Shown one piece after another: positions 56,255 to 64,000 of a DNA stretch of 64,000 bases. The stretch comes from a virus (lineage: Duplodnaviria > Caudoviricetes): the IMG/VR virus record IMGVR_UViG_3300025018_000001; one strand, written 5' to 3'. Below the pieces are notes generated by a model. It was not told where the DNA came from. It made no database searches and saw nothing but the letters and a program-made list of their open reading frames with translations. The translations under genes were made by a program, and so were the position numbers. How positions within the stretch are numbered: the first letter of the stretch is position 1; the number at the start of each line of letters is the position of its first letter.

Positions 56255-56566
56255 ATGAACAACTTATTAAAATTGTACAGAGAGCTGAAACCTGAGAATA
56301 ATGAAGAAGCCAAACTCGCAGTTGTACTTGCCGCTGCTGAGGTTTCATTTCCCCTTGGTTGTAAAGTGAAAGTAATGGGAACAGGTTATATTGCTGAGGT
56401 TGTGAAGTACAACAAAAACCTCGGTGGATTTTATCCTGGTGTACGTTATCCTGTTCTTGTAAAGATTATACGGTCAAAGGATAAGAAGTTCAGGAAAGCA
56501 GTTGGAATGATATTCGAGTATACACCTGACCAGCTCAAAAAGATTAAGGTGAAGGCTAATGTCTAG
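56255..56566 (+). CDS. Early hypothetical protein
   Basis: 103 aa; preceded by GCCCTC-TTCG-GAGGGC hairpin. Confidence 0.7.
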   Translation: MNNLLKLYRELKPENNEEAKLAVVLAAAEVSFPLGCKVKVMGTGYIAEVVKYNKNLGGFYPGVRYPVLVKIIRSKDKKFRKAVGMIFEYTPDQLKKIKVKANV

Positions 56567-56753
56567 AATCATTCTAATAACCGGTCATTATCCTATTATT
56601 GTTAATGGAGAAGACACAGGTAAAACGGAATTCGTTGTATCTCACGGTATTAATGAAGATACTGGAGATGCTATTATACTACCTAATGATCCACCTCATA
56701 CATTCGAAGGTTCTTACTATAGTCCTGAAATGAATGAGTGGATTCTACCATAA
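56559..56753 (+). CDS. Early small protein
   Basis: 64 aa, coupled to upstream ORF. Confidence 0.65.
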   Translation: MSRIILITGHYPIIVNGEDTGKTEFVVSHGINEDTGDAIILPNDPPHTFEGSYYSPEMNEWILP

Positions 56754-56764
56754 GGAGCTTTATC

Positions 56765-56992
56765 ATGTCATCAGAAGAATTAACATGCTCAGTTTGTGAA
56801 CGAGCTGGTTGTGAATGTATTTGTGATTTGGTTGTTAATAAAGAAGATTATGATGCCGTTGTACATCTGGCAAAGAAACTTCTTAAAGGCGCCAACATCT
56901 GTATGGAAGAACAATCTTTAATCCAGCCTTTCTTCTCTATTGTAAAGGACAATGCTGCTATCATCGGTAAGTTGAATCTATTCGATGAATAA
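56765..56992 (+). CDS. Early Cys-rich small protein
   Basis: CSVC..CECIC, AAGGAG RBS. Confidence 0.7.
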   Translation: MSSEELTCSVCERAGCECICDLVVNKEDYDAVVHLAKKLLKGANICMEEQSLIQPFFSIVKDNAAIIGKLNLFDE

Positions 56993-56994
56993 CA

Positions 56995-57040
56995 AGACTC
57001 CCTGCCAGGCACTAGCCTGGTGGGGTTTCTTCATCTTTTT
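56995..57040 (+). terminator. Intrinsic terminator
   Basis: AGACTCCCTGCCAGGC-ACTA-GCCTGGTGGGGTTT followed by a T-rich run. Confidence 0.65.
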
Positions 57041-57123
57041 TAAAAAACCCTGGAGCTTCGTGAAGAACTCTTGTGGTAGTTCGAACGTGGGGACCCTGCA
57101 GCTTCGGGCCGAGTACCGTGCTA

Positions 57124-57210
57124 GTACCATCGCTGTTTGGGGATGGGGATTAGTGGTACGGGTTTTTTGAGTATAGTCTATGTTTATCCACCAATTTAAA
57201 GGAGTTTGCT
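57124..57210 (+). promoter_or_regulatory. Early regulatory cassette 11 (degenerate)
   Basis: GTACCA...GGGGATGGGGAT-TAGTGGTAC (57161) GGG T6 GAG...AAAGGAG. Confidence 0.65.
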
Positions 57211-57450
57211 ATGAAACTAGTTCAGCTTGTTGTATTCATTTCTGTGGTTCTTTACGGCCAGTTCGTTTTCGCGGCTATATCTTACGAGAAAATCAGCTGT
57301 CTTGTGGGCGATTCAGTTATGTTCTTGACCGTTCCTATGGACAGTAACTGGGACAATTTGCAAATGGAGGATGCGGGCAAAGCAGTATGCGAGTCAATGG
57401 CGTTGGTAAGAATAATTCCGGGGCAGGTACTTGATGCAGAGGAGGAGTAA
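57211..57450 (+). CDS. Small exported protein
   Basis: Signal-peptide-like N-terminus, 79 aa. Confidence 0.65.
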   Translation: MKLVQLVVFISVVLYGQFVFAAISYEKISCLVGDSVMFLTVPMDSNWDNLQMEDAGKAVCESMALVRIIPGQVLDAEEE

Positions 57451-58299
57451 ATGGAAGCATGGACGGCGCAGTACCGTTATACTGGACCCTATAGACTGGA
57501 TGTTACGGTCAAAGGTCAGGACATGACGGGTAAGTTATTCGCACCTACTTGGGATATGGTCATGAATTATAAGGCATCCAAGGGAACGGAAGCGGATAAA
57601 AAGATTTACATTGAGCAGTACCATAAGGTAATTCTTAATGTAATCAAAAATCATCGCAAGGAATGGGATGAATTGCTGGCACGCAAGTACGTGGTGATTG
57701 TGTGCTTTTGTAAGGCAGGTGAGTTTTGTCATAGACACCTGCTAATGCATTACCTTACACAGTATGGTGCTGTATGCCATGGGGAGATTACTGACTTCTC
57801 ACGCTGGAGCAAAGAACGTAAGGTGATTAGTGAATTCAAAGGCCAATACGGTTGGGCATCCAACTTCGCGCCGTGTAAGTTCACGCATGAGAACATTGAA
57901 TATGATTCTACCGAGACATTTTATCAGGCAATGAAGTATGGGCCTAATGATATGTTGAAGATTAAGGTGGATAATAAATTCATTGAAGTCAATGCACGTG
58001 AGTATATTTCCAAACTACCGGCGGGTAAAGCCAAACGCATGGGCAAGAAAGCAAAACTGCCTTGGAACTGGGACACCCTGCGAGTGGATGTTATGGAACT
58101 TGCGTTGAATTACAAGTATGACCAGCCTTACTACAAAAGTCTGTTGCTTAGAACGGACGATGCCTTGATGATTGAAGGCAATTGGTGGCATGACAATTTT
58201 TGGGGAGACTGCTCCTGCCCTAAGTGCGAGCATATCAAAGGTGCAAATACGCTTGGTCAGTTGACTATGCGTAAGCGTGATGCACTACGGAAAGTTTAA
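57451..58299 (+). CDS. DUF488-like + NADAR (YbiA) fusion protein
   Basis: N-half FAPTW..VCFCK..FCHRHLL. C-half FKGQYGWASNF..STETFYQAMK..AKRMGK..W..VMELAL..K..LLRT..LMIEGNWWHDNFWG..GANTLGQLTM. Confidence 0.85.
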   Translation: MEAWTAQYRYTGPYRLDVTVKGQDMTGKLFAPTWDMVMNYKASKGTEADKKIYIEQYHKVILNVIKNHRKEWDELLARKYVVIVCFCKAGEFCHRHLLMHYLTQYGAVCHGEITDFSRWSKERKVISEFKGQYGWASNFAPCKFTHENIEYDSTETFYQAMKYGPNDMLKIKVDNKFIEVNAREYISKLPAGKAKRMGKKAKLPWNWDTLRVDVMELALNYKYDQPYYKSLLLRTDDALMIEGNWWHDNFWGDCSCPKCEHIKGANTLGQLTMRKRDALRKV

Positions 58300-58301
58300 C
58301 A

Positions 58302-58360
58302 TAGTGGTACTGCTCTTTCGGGAGTAGTATCACACTCAATTCTAACGAAGGAGAATTTGT
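58302..58360 (+). promoter_or_regulatory. Early regulatory cassette 12 (variant)
   Basis: TAGTGGTAC on the 5' arm of GTGGTACTGCTCT-TTCG-GGAGTAGTATCAC; AAGGAG RBS. Confidence 0.6.
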
Positions 58361-59917
58361 ATGAATCATTACAATGAAGTTGCTGGGGTTCTTGAAACAG
58401 GTGCTGAATTAGTATCTCCTCATCTGCGTTGGTTAATTCGTAACGCAATTCTGGAGCACTGCGGACCTGCGGCAGTAAATCTGATTGCTTACAATGAGTC
58501 AGTCCCTGCTGAACACTACGGCATAGCTCATGCACCAAGCAAATCTCTGGTGTTGAATCTTGAGAAGCATTTCTACAATGCCGTCATCAAGGTTCAGGAA
58601 GATGAGAATATGTATGCATCACTGCGTACACTAATTCTCCATGAGCTTTTGGACACTGCCAAGCATGAAGCACATCATCTGCTGGTAGCTTTCGAAGAAG
58701 GTAACTTTGAAGATAGCGACCTTGACGAAGAAGGTGCTAAAGTTGCGGGCAAACTTTCATGGCAGGTTGCACGTGATTGGGATGTTAACATAGTCCTATT
58801 CGGCACATTCCTTGATACGCTTATTGATGATTTCATTGCTGATGTCAAAGAAGCTACCTTGGAAACACCAACCATGTGGAAAGACCTGCAGGTATACATG
58901 CATGAGAATTGTCTGGGGTATTACAATCCAGATAAAGATATGGAACTCTCAATCATGAATACTTTCGAGGCCCTTGCCAAAGATGACAATCCATGGATGA
59001 CGGAACCTGCTAAGTTCCTTGATACTACTATCTGCGAAACTGAACGCACTCAGGTGCCAACAGTTCCTGCGGTGGACGGTATTGATATACCTGTGGATAA
59101 TTACGAGTCGCAGATGCCTATTCATCCTCAAGAAGTTACTCCTGCGGGTATGAGTATGTTTGAAGCTTTGGCTCTGGTGCAAAACAGTGGAGCACAGCCT
59201 ATAATCAGTCAAAGTACTTTCGAAAGATTTATGGCGCAGTCATTAAAGGAGGATGGGTACGTACCACCCTCACTACCTGCTATGGGTGATTCTTATCCAG
59301 TGTACGATGGCGGTGATGACTATGACTGGAATGAAGAGCCTGAATTGGCGCCTGTTGCTCCGATAACTCCGGTCATGCAACCTATGACACAAACAGCTCC
59401 TGTAGCTCCTGTAGCTCAAGGTGCTGGTGGCCATGGCATGGCTAAGGTTATCGAAACGGTATTCCGTACTATATTCTGGCATGTAGTCAATAAAGGTGAA
59501 TTCACACATGAGGGTAGTTATAATAACCCTGCGGTTGTGATGCAACCTGTTAGTATTGCACACATTCCGGGTGCTTTGGATATATTCACCAACATGGATA
59601 CCTTGGACAAGAATGGTAAGTATGCCAAGAATCAGCCGTGTTCCATGGGTATAACTGGTATGTTAACTAAGGAAATGCTTCCTAAGTATACCATGTTCCT
59701 GAACATTGCTGGAACCGTTCACCGACGCTCATTGGTTGCACAAAATCCGAATGCAGTTGACGGACAAGGTGCACTCAAAACTTGGGCGAAGGAAGCTCGT
59801 CAAGGTACCAAGATTATGTACGTACTTGGTGATGAGAAAAATCCCGGAGTTCGTGCAAGTATTAAGCTCACTGCTGGAAGTCCTCTCGGTCAGGAGGAAT
59901 ACAAGCTGTGGACCTGA
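58361..59917 (+). CDS. HExxH metallopeptidase-like protein with acidic Pro-rich linker
   Basis: AKHEAHHLL motif; two globular halves separated by a P/A/D/Q-rich stretch. Confidence 0.55.
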   Translation: MNHYNEVAGVLETGAELVSPHLRWLIRNAILEHCGPAAVNLIAYNESVPAEHYGIAHAPSKSLVLNLEKHFYNAVIKVQEDENMYASLRTLILHELLDTAKHEAHHLLVAFEEGNFEDSDLDEEGAKVAGKLSWQVARDWDVNIVLFGTFLDTLIDDFIADVKEATLETPTMWKDLQVYMHENCLGYYNPDKDMELSIMNTFEALAKDDNPWMTEPAKFLDTTICETERTQVPTVPAVDGIDIPVDNYESQMPIHPQEVTPAGMSMFEALALVQNSGAQPIISQSTFERFMAQSLKEDGYVPPSLPAMGDSYPVYDGGDDYDWNEEPELAPVAPITPVMQPMTQTAPVAPVAQGAGGHGMAKVIETVFRTIFWHVVNKGEFTHEGSYNNPAVVMQPVSIAHIPGALDIFTNMDTLDKNGKYAKNQPCSMGITGMLTKEMLPKYTMFLNIAGTVHRRSLVAQNPNAVDGQGALKTWAKEARQGTKIMYVLGDEKNPGVRASIKLTAGSPLGQEEYKLWT

Positions 59918-60267
59918 TACGAACTGGCATTGTATTAAACGCTAGGGAAATCCGAAATGAATTTGGGTACACACATAAGTATCCGAATTCATTTGGGAAA
60001 GGCACAAAGGTGTGGATTCACTATGACAATAGTGGAAACATACTTAAGATTGAACCTATGGAGGTTTGTGGGGAGTAGTGGTACTGCTCTGTGATGGTTT
60101 GGGTTCTGCTGTTCCCTGCTGTTTCGTTCTCCTTTCCCTGCCCCTTCTTGGGGGTGGGGATGGGGATGGGGATTTTGGGGGATAGTGGTACTGGGTTGAT
60201 GATGGGCTTGTGGGTGTTCCCTTGCCTTGTTGTACTTTCGTTTTATCATTTTTTAAGGAGATTTATC

Positions 60268-61215
60268 ATGAGTAATGCATCCAAATTCGTAGCTATTGCT
60301 GTTGCTGTACGTGCCGCTGGTTCCAAGAATGCCGCTACCGGTCAGTCTCATGGTGGTGTTTACTACCCAGAGCACGTTGTGAATGGCGTCAAGAACACTG
60401 CGCGCTTTGAGGCTAATGTGTATATTAACGGTATGAATTACACCGACCCTGAAACCGGCACCGTGAAGGAAGGACGGAATGAAATCGTGCGCATCGTTGC
60501 GTGGAATGGCCGTAATGCTAAGCCGGGTTCTGGACTCGCTGACCTGTGTGCAAAGGCTATCACCAAAGGCAAAGAGTTCTCCTGTGAGCTGGACATCCGC
60601 ACCTTCAAAAAGCGTTTGTTCATTGACGACAAACCTCAGGTTGACCATATGGGTCGTGAGATTCTTGTCAACGGTACCAACTTTGTCATGAAAGGTCTCC
60701 CTATCTGGGGAAATGATTCTGACCAAGTTATCCTTGACGAAATTCAGAACTACCGTCAGACCGGTCAGGCTACTTTTGCCGCTCGTCCACCTTTCTGGAA
60801 TGTTGTTGGTCATGCTGACGCCGCTATCTGGGATGTTATCAAGAAGTCCCGTCGTGCCGCTCAGTATATTCCGGGTAGCACCACTTTCGGTCATGCCCGT
60901 GTTGTAGTTCCGAATGGTGCTCAGCTCCTGAATGCTGGTGGTAACGCTGGCAACATGGACCAAGCCGGTCTTATGGCGATGCTTCAAGCATTGATGGCTG
61001 GTCAGCAGAAACCGGCTCCTGTTGCAGTACCTGAACCTGTTGCTCCTGTTGTTCAGACTCCTGCTCTTCCTGCCGGTATCGACCCTGCTATGATGGCAGC
61101 TCTTCTGGCTCAGTTCGGTGGGGGTGCTACTCCTGCTGTTCAGACTCCTGCTGTTCAGACTCCGCCTGTTACTGCCGCCGCTGGTTCTGTACTCAACGGT
61201 CAGATGCCTATCTAA
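60268..61215 (+). CDS. Single-stranded DNA-binding protein (OB fold, long P/A/Q tail)
   Basis: VRIVAWNG..LADLCAKAITKGKEFSCELDIRT parallels the bacterial SSB pattern; low-complexity tail ending QMPI. Confidence 0.65.
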   Translation: MSNASKFVAIAVAVRAAGSKNAATGQSHGGVYYPEHVVNGVKNTARFEANVYINGMNYTDPETGTVKEGRNEIVRIVAWNGRNAKPGSGLADLCAKAITKGKEFSCELDIRTFKKRLFIDDKPQVDHMGREILVNGTNFVMKGLPIWGNDSDQVILDEIQNYRQTGQATFAARPPFWNVVGHADAAIWDVIKKSRRAAQYIPGSTTFGHARVVVPNGAQLLNAGGNAGNMDQAGLMAMLQALMAGQQKPAPVAVPEPVAPVVQTPALPAGIDPAMMAALLAQFGGGATPAVQTPAVQTPPVTAAAGSVLNGQMPI

Positions 61216-61224
61216 TCTCTTCCT

Positions 61225-61270
61225 TGTGCCGTGCCATCCTTCGGGGTGGTGCGGTACATTTTTTCTTTTT
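61225..61270 (+). terminator. Strong intrinsic terminator closing the early module
   Basis: TGTGCCGTGCCATCC-TTCG-GGGTGGTGCGGTACA then T-run. Confidence 0.85.
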
Positions 61271-61602
61271 TAAGTGGCTTCGCTAAGAAACAGCAGGTAC
61301 CCTGGGGGTGTTAGCTTAGGTGGTCGGTTATACTATCATTAGGTCATTGGTTGGAGGATACGCTTTGTCTAGCTTACTGTTTCATTTCTTCGGAATTTTC
61401 GGTGGTACGTTTTATTTTTTTCTTTACAGCTGGCCTATGGTTAAAGACGTTACTGGGAAGTTTGGCCTGGAGGAGTTGCCGCTTTTTTGTTCTCTAGACC
61501 GGATCGTGATTCATACCTGTGACTTTTTACAGATGGTTACTTTTGGGCAGGGATTATTATGTGGGAAGAATTAGTATCTTTAACTAACCTCCCCACTATT
61601 TA

Positions 61603-62238
61603 CTATTGTATAAATTCTGCATTAACTATGTCCATGTCCCATGCTGGGGGTGGGGTGGCTGCTTTATATTGGTCACGTACTTTAACAAAGACTTTAAATA
61701 GTTTCTCATTTGTTAAATGCTCATCTTTTAAAACAGTGCATTGGATTTCATTACCATACTTTTGTACGAATTCATATACTTTTTGTCTAGTTATACCTTT
61801 GGTAAGTTCTTCAACGGGCGCGGTAACAATAACATCTGGGCTTGATAAAGTTGCTATAACTTCTTCAAACTCTGCAATGATTTTTGCAAGTACTGCTCTG
61901 TGTTCTTCTATAGTAATATATTTAGTAGTATCTACTACACAATCATTAGTAGTACTATTATCTACCATTGGTACATCAAGTGGTACCAAATTGTTGGTAC
62001 ATGTACCAACTTTTTTAGTATCAGACTTGGTACATGTACCAACTTTTTGTGCACGCTTGTATGATTGTCTTAATGTATTTGCCTTAACAGTGGCACCATC
62101 ATTCTTTGCATTGAACTCTTCTGCTACTTGTTTACATGCTTTATTTACGGATAAACCTCCTACTACTAATTTAGTTACTGCGTCTAAAGCGGATTCACCA
62201 CAGATGTCTACATTAATTTTTACTTTGCAATCGCTCAT
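61603..62238 (-). CDS. Putative DNA-binding regulator or replication initiator carrying internal palindromes
   Basis: 211 aa from MSDCKV (AAGGAG RBS); HTH-like LSVNKACKQVA..ANTLRQSYKR; two KVGTCT repeats encoded by palindromes. Confidence 0.55.
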   Translation of the reverse strand: MSDCKVKINVDICGESALDAVTKLVVGGLSVNKACKQVAEEFNAKNDGATVKANTLRQSYKRAQKVGTCTKSDTKKVGTCTNNLVPLDVPMVDNSTTNDCVVDTTKYITIEEHRAVLAKIIAEFEEVIATLSSPDVIVTAPVEELTKGITRQKVYEFVQKYGNEIQCTVLKDEHLTNEKLFKVFVKVRDQYKAATPPPAWDMDIVNAEFIQ

Positions 62239-62312
62239 ATGTTTCTCCTTAATTAAAAAATACTTGGTACATGTACCAACTTTTATAGTTAATTGTTGGT
62301 ACATGTACCAAC
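61993..62312. repeat. Four copies of palindrome TTGGTACATGTACCAA
   Basis: 61993-62010, 62027-62042, 62264-62279, 62295-62312; degenerate copy at 63024-63043. Confidence 0.92.
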
Positions 62313-62324
62313 TTTGTAATGCGT

Positions 62325-62352
62325 ATTATACCACATCTAAACTAAAAGTCAA
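62325..62352 (-). promoter_or_regulatory. Sigma70-type promoter for the 62238 gene
   Basis: TTGACT-16 nt-TATAAT with extended TG. Confidence 0.65.
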
Positions 62353-62426
62353 TAGGATAATTTAACCTATAATATAATAGTAGCAGTATGACACGGTGTC
62401 ATATTAAAAAATTCACGGGGGAATTT

Positions 62427-62732
62427 ATGAAGAGAAAACCATTTATTTCAAGACGCTTCAAAGAGAGGGAACCAAGAGAGGGGTATGCTCAAACACTACA
62501 ACTGAGTTTAATACCTGCTACGAAACTAAGCATATGCTTCTGGTGTATTATGACTGTCATAAGTGTATTGCTGGCCTATATGTTACAGGATAATCAGGTT
62601 GGACTTTACGTGCACATTACTTTGACTTTGGGCGCGGCGGCAATAGCATTAAGGCATTCACTTGAATTATGCCGTCTTAAAGGAGAGCTAAGCGTAATGC
62701 TAGATGAGCATCCAGAATACAAATTGGATTAA
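62427..62732 (+). CDS. Two-TM membrane protein
   Basis: 101 aa from MKRKPF, two hydrophobic segments. Confidence 0.6.
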   Translation: MKRKPFISRRFKEREPREGYAQTLQLSLIPATKLSICFWCIMTVISVLLAYMLQDNQVGLYVHITLTLGAAAIALRHSLELCRLKGELSVMLDEHPEYKLD

Positions 62733-63095
62733 ACAAAAATGATTAACGTTAATAATAGTACTACTATACTAGAACAAAATTAGAATAGTAGTACTATTGT
62801 GTTATTAATTCTGCACAAAATGAAGGAAAATCACCTATGCCTGATCCGGCACTATCTCAGCTAATTCATGCTATATTATACATAGTACTATACTTTCCAT
62901 TGGGTAATGCAGTACAAAGATATTTTGATAGACTACATCCCATATCACTACTCTATTCACCGGTACTACCATTATTACTAGGTAGTAATTTGGCTGATGC
63001 TATGGGTATTTATTTTAAATAGGTGGGGACATGTCCCAACTTTCAACTAGGGACACTGTCCCCACCTACAATAAAATTTTTGGGGGTTTATTGAA

Positions 63096-63347
63096 ATGGC
63101 GTTATCAACAATATGTCTAGTAGTATCTATACTATTTACTATCCTATGTGGAGCAAGTTTAATAGCAATATCAAAATGGATTGATGATACAAAGTATCGT
63201 ATAAGATTCATGTGCTATACTATAATATGTGCCGTAGTAGCAGGTGCTAACCTAATACTATATTTCCTACTGGAATGTCTAGAGTATGCTGATAAGGTTA
63301 TTACCTTACTTCCTTCTTCGTCAGCTATAGTACTATGCTACTGTTAG
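63096..63347 (+). CDS. Small membrane protein
   Basis: 83 aa, hydrophobic. Confidence 0.45.
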   Translation: MALSTICLVVSILFTILCGASLIAISKWIDDTKYRIRFMCYTIICAVVAGANLILYFLLECLEYADKVITLLPSSSAIVLCYC

Positions 63348-63367
63348 TGTGGTACTCTTGTGCCATT

Positions 63368-63677
63368 ACTATTGTACTATTCTACTAGTATATTATTACT
63401 ATTTTCTAAAATTATTGTGAAATTTTTCTTTATGAAAAAAAAGTGTGACTAATTTGCACCCATGATGTGTAATTACACTGTAATAGTAAAAATATAGTAG
63501 TAGTAATATAGTAGTAGAATAGTACAATAGTGGTGGTAGAATTCAGTACAATGATGATAGTAGAATAGTACAATAGTGGTGGTAGAATGAGTAGCAAAGT
63601 TATGGTAGATTCAGTAGTAAAATTGTGGTAGGATAGTAGTAATATGTGTGTCGTATAAGAGTAGCAAAGTTATGGTA
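63368..63677. repeat. Direct and inverted repeat tract
   Basis: 31-bp direct repeat 63512-63542/63558-63588; 19-bp repeat 63589-63607/63659-63677; inverted 20-bp copy 63368-63387. Confidence 0.85.
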
Positions 63678-63811
63678 AAAATGCATGAGAAAATCAGTAC
63701 AAAAAGATTATGTTTTGTATAGGGTAGAATTGTACTTTGTTATGGTATATATTTTACTAGCTCATCTGGAGGGTATTCCTCGCCCGCGCCAATAAATATA
63801 AGGATAACGTT

Positions 63812-63973
63812 ATGAGTACTGCTACTGAAGAACTGCAAGAAGTATTATGTGTTTTGCTAGAGGCTGATGTAGATGTTAGAAAAATAGCTACAATAAATAT
63901 AACACCTATAGCTGTAGGTAATTCATCCGATGTTATTATAAAAAATAAGATAGAAATAAGTATGTTTAAATAG
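63812..63973 (+). CDS. Small hypothetical protein (not in track)
   Basis: AAGGA RBS, MSTATEELQEVLCVLLEAD...SMFK*, 53 aa. Confidence 0.5.
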   Translation: MSTATEELQEVLCVLLEADVDVRKIATINITPIAVGNSSDVIIKNKIEISMFK

Positions 63974-64000
63974 TAGTATAACTATAAAGGAGTAGCATTA

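Noticed and set aside
56985-57170. 61-aa ORF in the track
   Set aside because: It overlaps a terminator and a regulatory cassette and has no RBS; more likely non-coding
49672-58360. CRISPR array or integron attC interpretation of the repeated cassettes
   Set aside because: Units are degenerate, about 90 nt, contain RBS and T-runs, and are separated by whole genes of variable length; no cas or integron integrase gene and no attC GTTRRRY/RYYYAAC ends
59989-60267. Upstream extension of the SSB ORF to 60091 and the antisense ORFs at 59989 and 60253
   Set aside because: The extension translates low-complexity G/T-rich leader sequence; the AAGGAG RBS supports the start at 60268
1-64000. Alternative genetic code (stop-codon reassignment) as in some large phages
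   Set aside because: Conserved genes (terL, MCP, portal, clpP, giant ORF) are full length in the standard code, and TAA, TAG and TGA all terminate genes

Overview
The window is part of a large tailed dsDNA phage genome with two divergent arms. The minus-strand arm (about 48.5 kb down to 1, AT-rich) holds accessory genes, terminase, portal, protease, scaffold, major capsid, neck and tail genes. It ends in a giant ORF absent from the ORF track (TTG at 16954, running off the left edge, >5,650 aa). That ORF carries the catalytic motifs of a two-barrel (beta/beta'-type) DNA-dependent RNA polymerase in canonical order: GYN..FEDQILVS, GRKLTTRYGSKGV, RFP and DYDGDQIELH. These are followed by a TP901-type tape-measure core, so it looks like a tape-measure-fused virion RNA polymerase. 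The plus-strand arm (49.4-61.2 kb, GC-richer) is an early/host-takeover-like module of small genes. About 12 of them are each preceded by a conserved cassette: terminator hairpin with invariant TAGTGGT(A/C)C, T-run, covarying hairpin with ATATC loop, and a CCAACG hairpin abutting the RBS. These cassettes are the obvious candidate promoters for that polymerase. The module also encodes a DUF488-NADAR fusion, SLOG, SleB, an HExxH protein and an SSB, and it is bracketed by TAGTA-rich repeat tracts and a set of 16-18 bp palindromes. All family calls come from motif recognition by eye; no searches were run.
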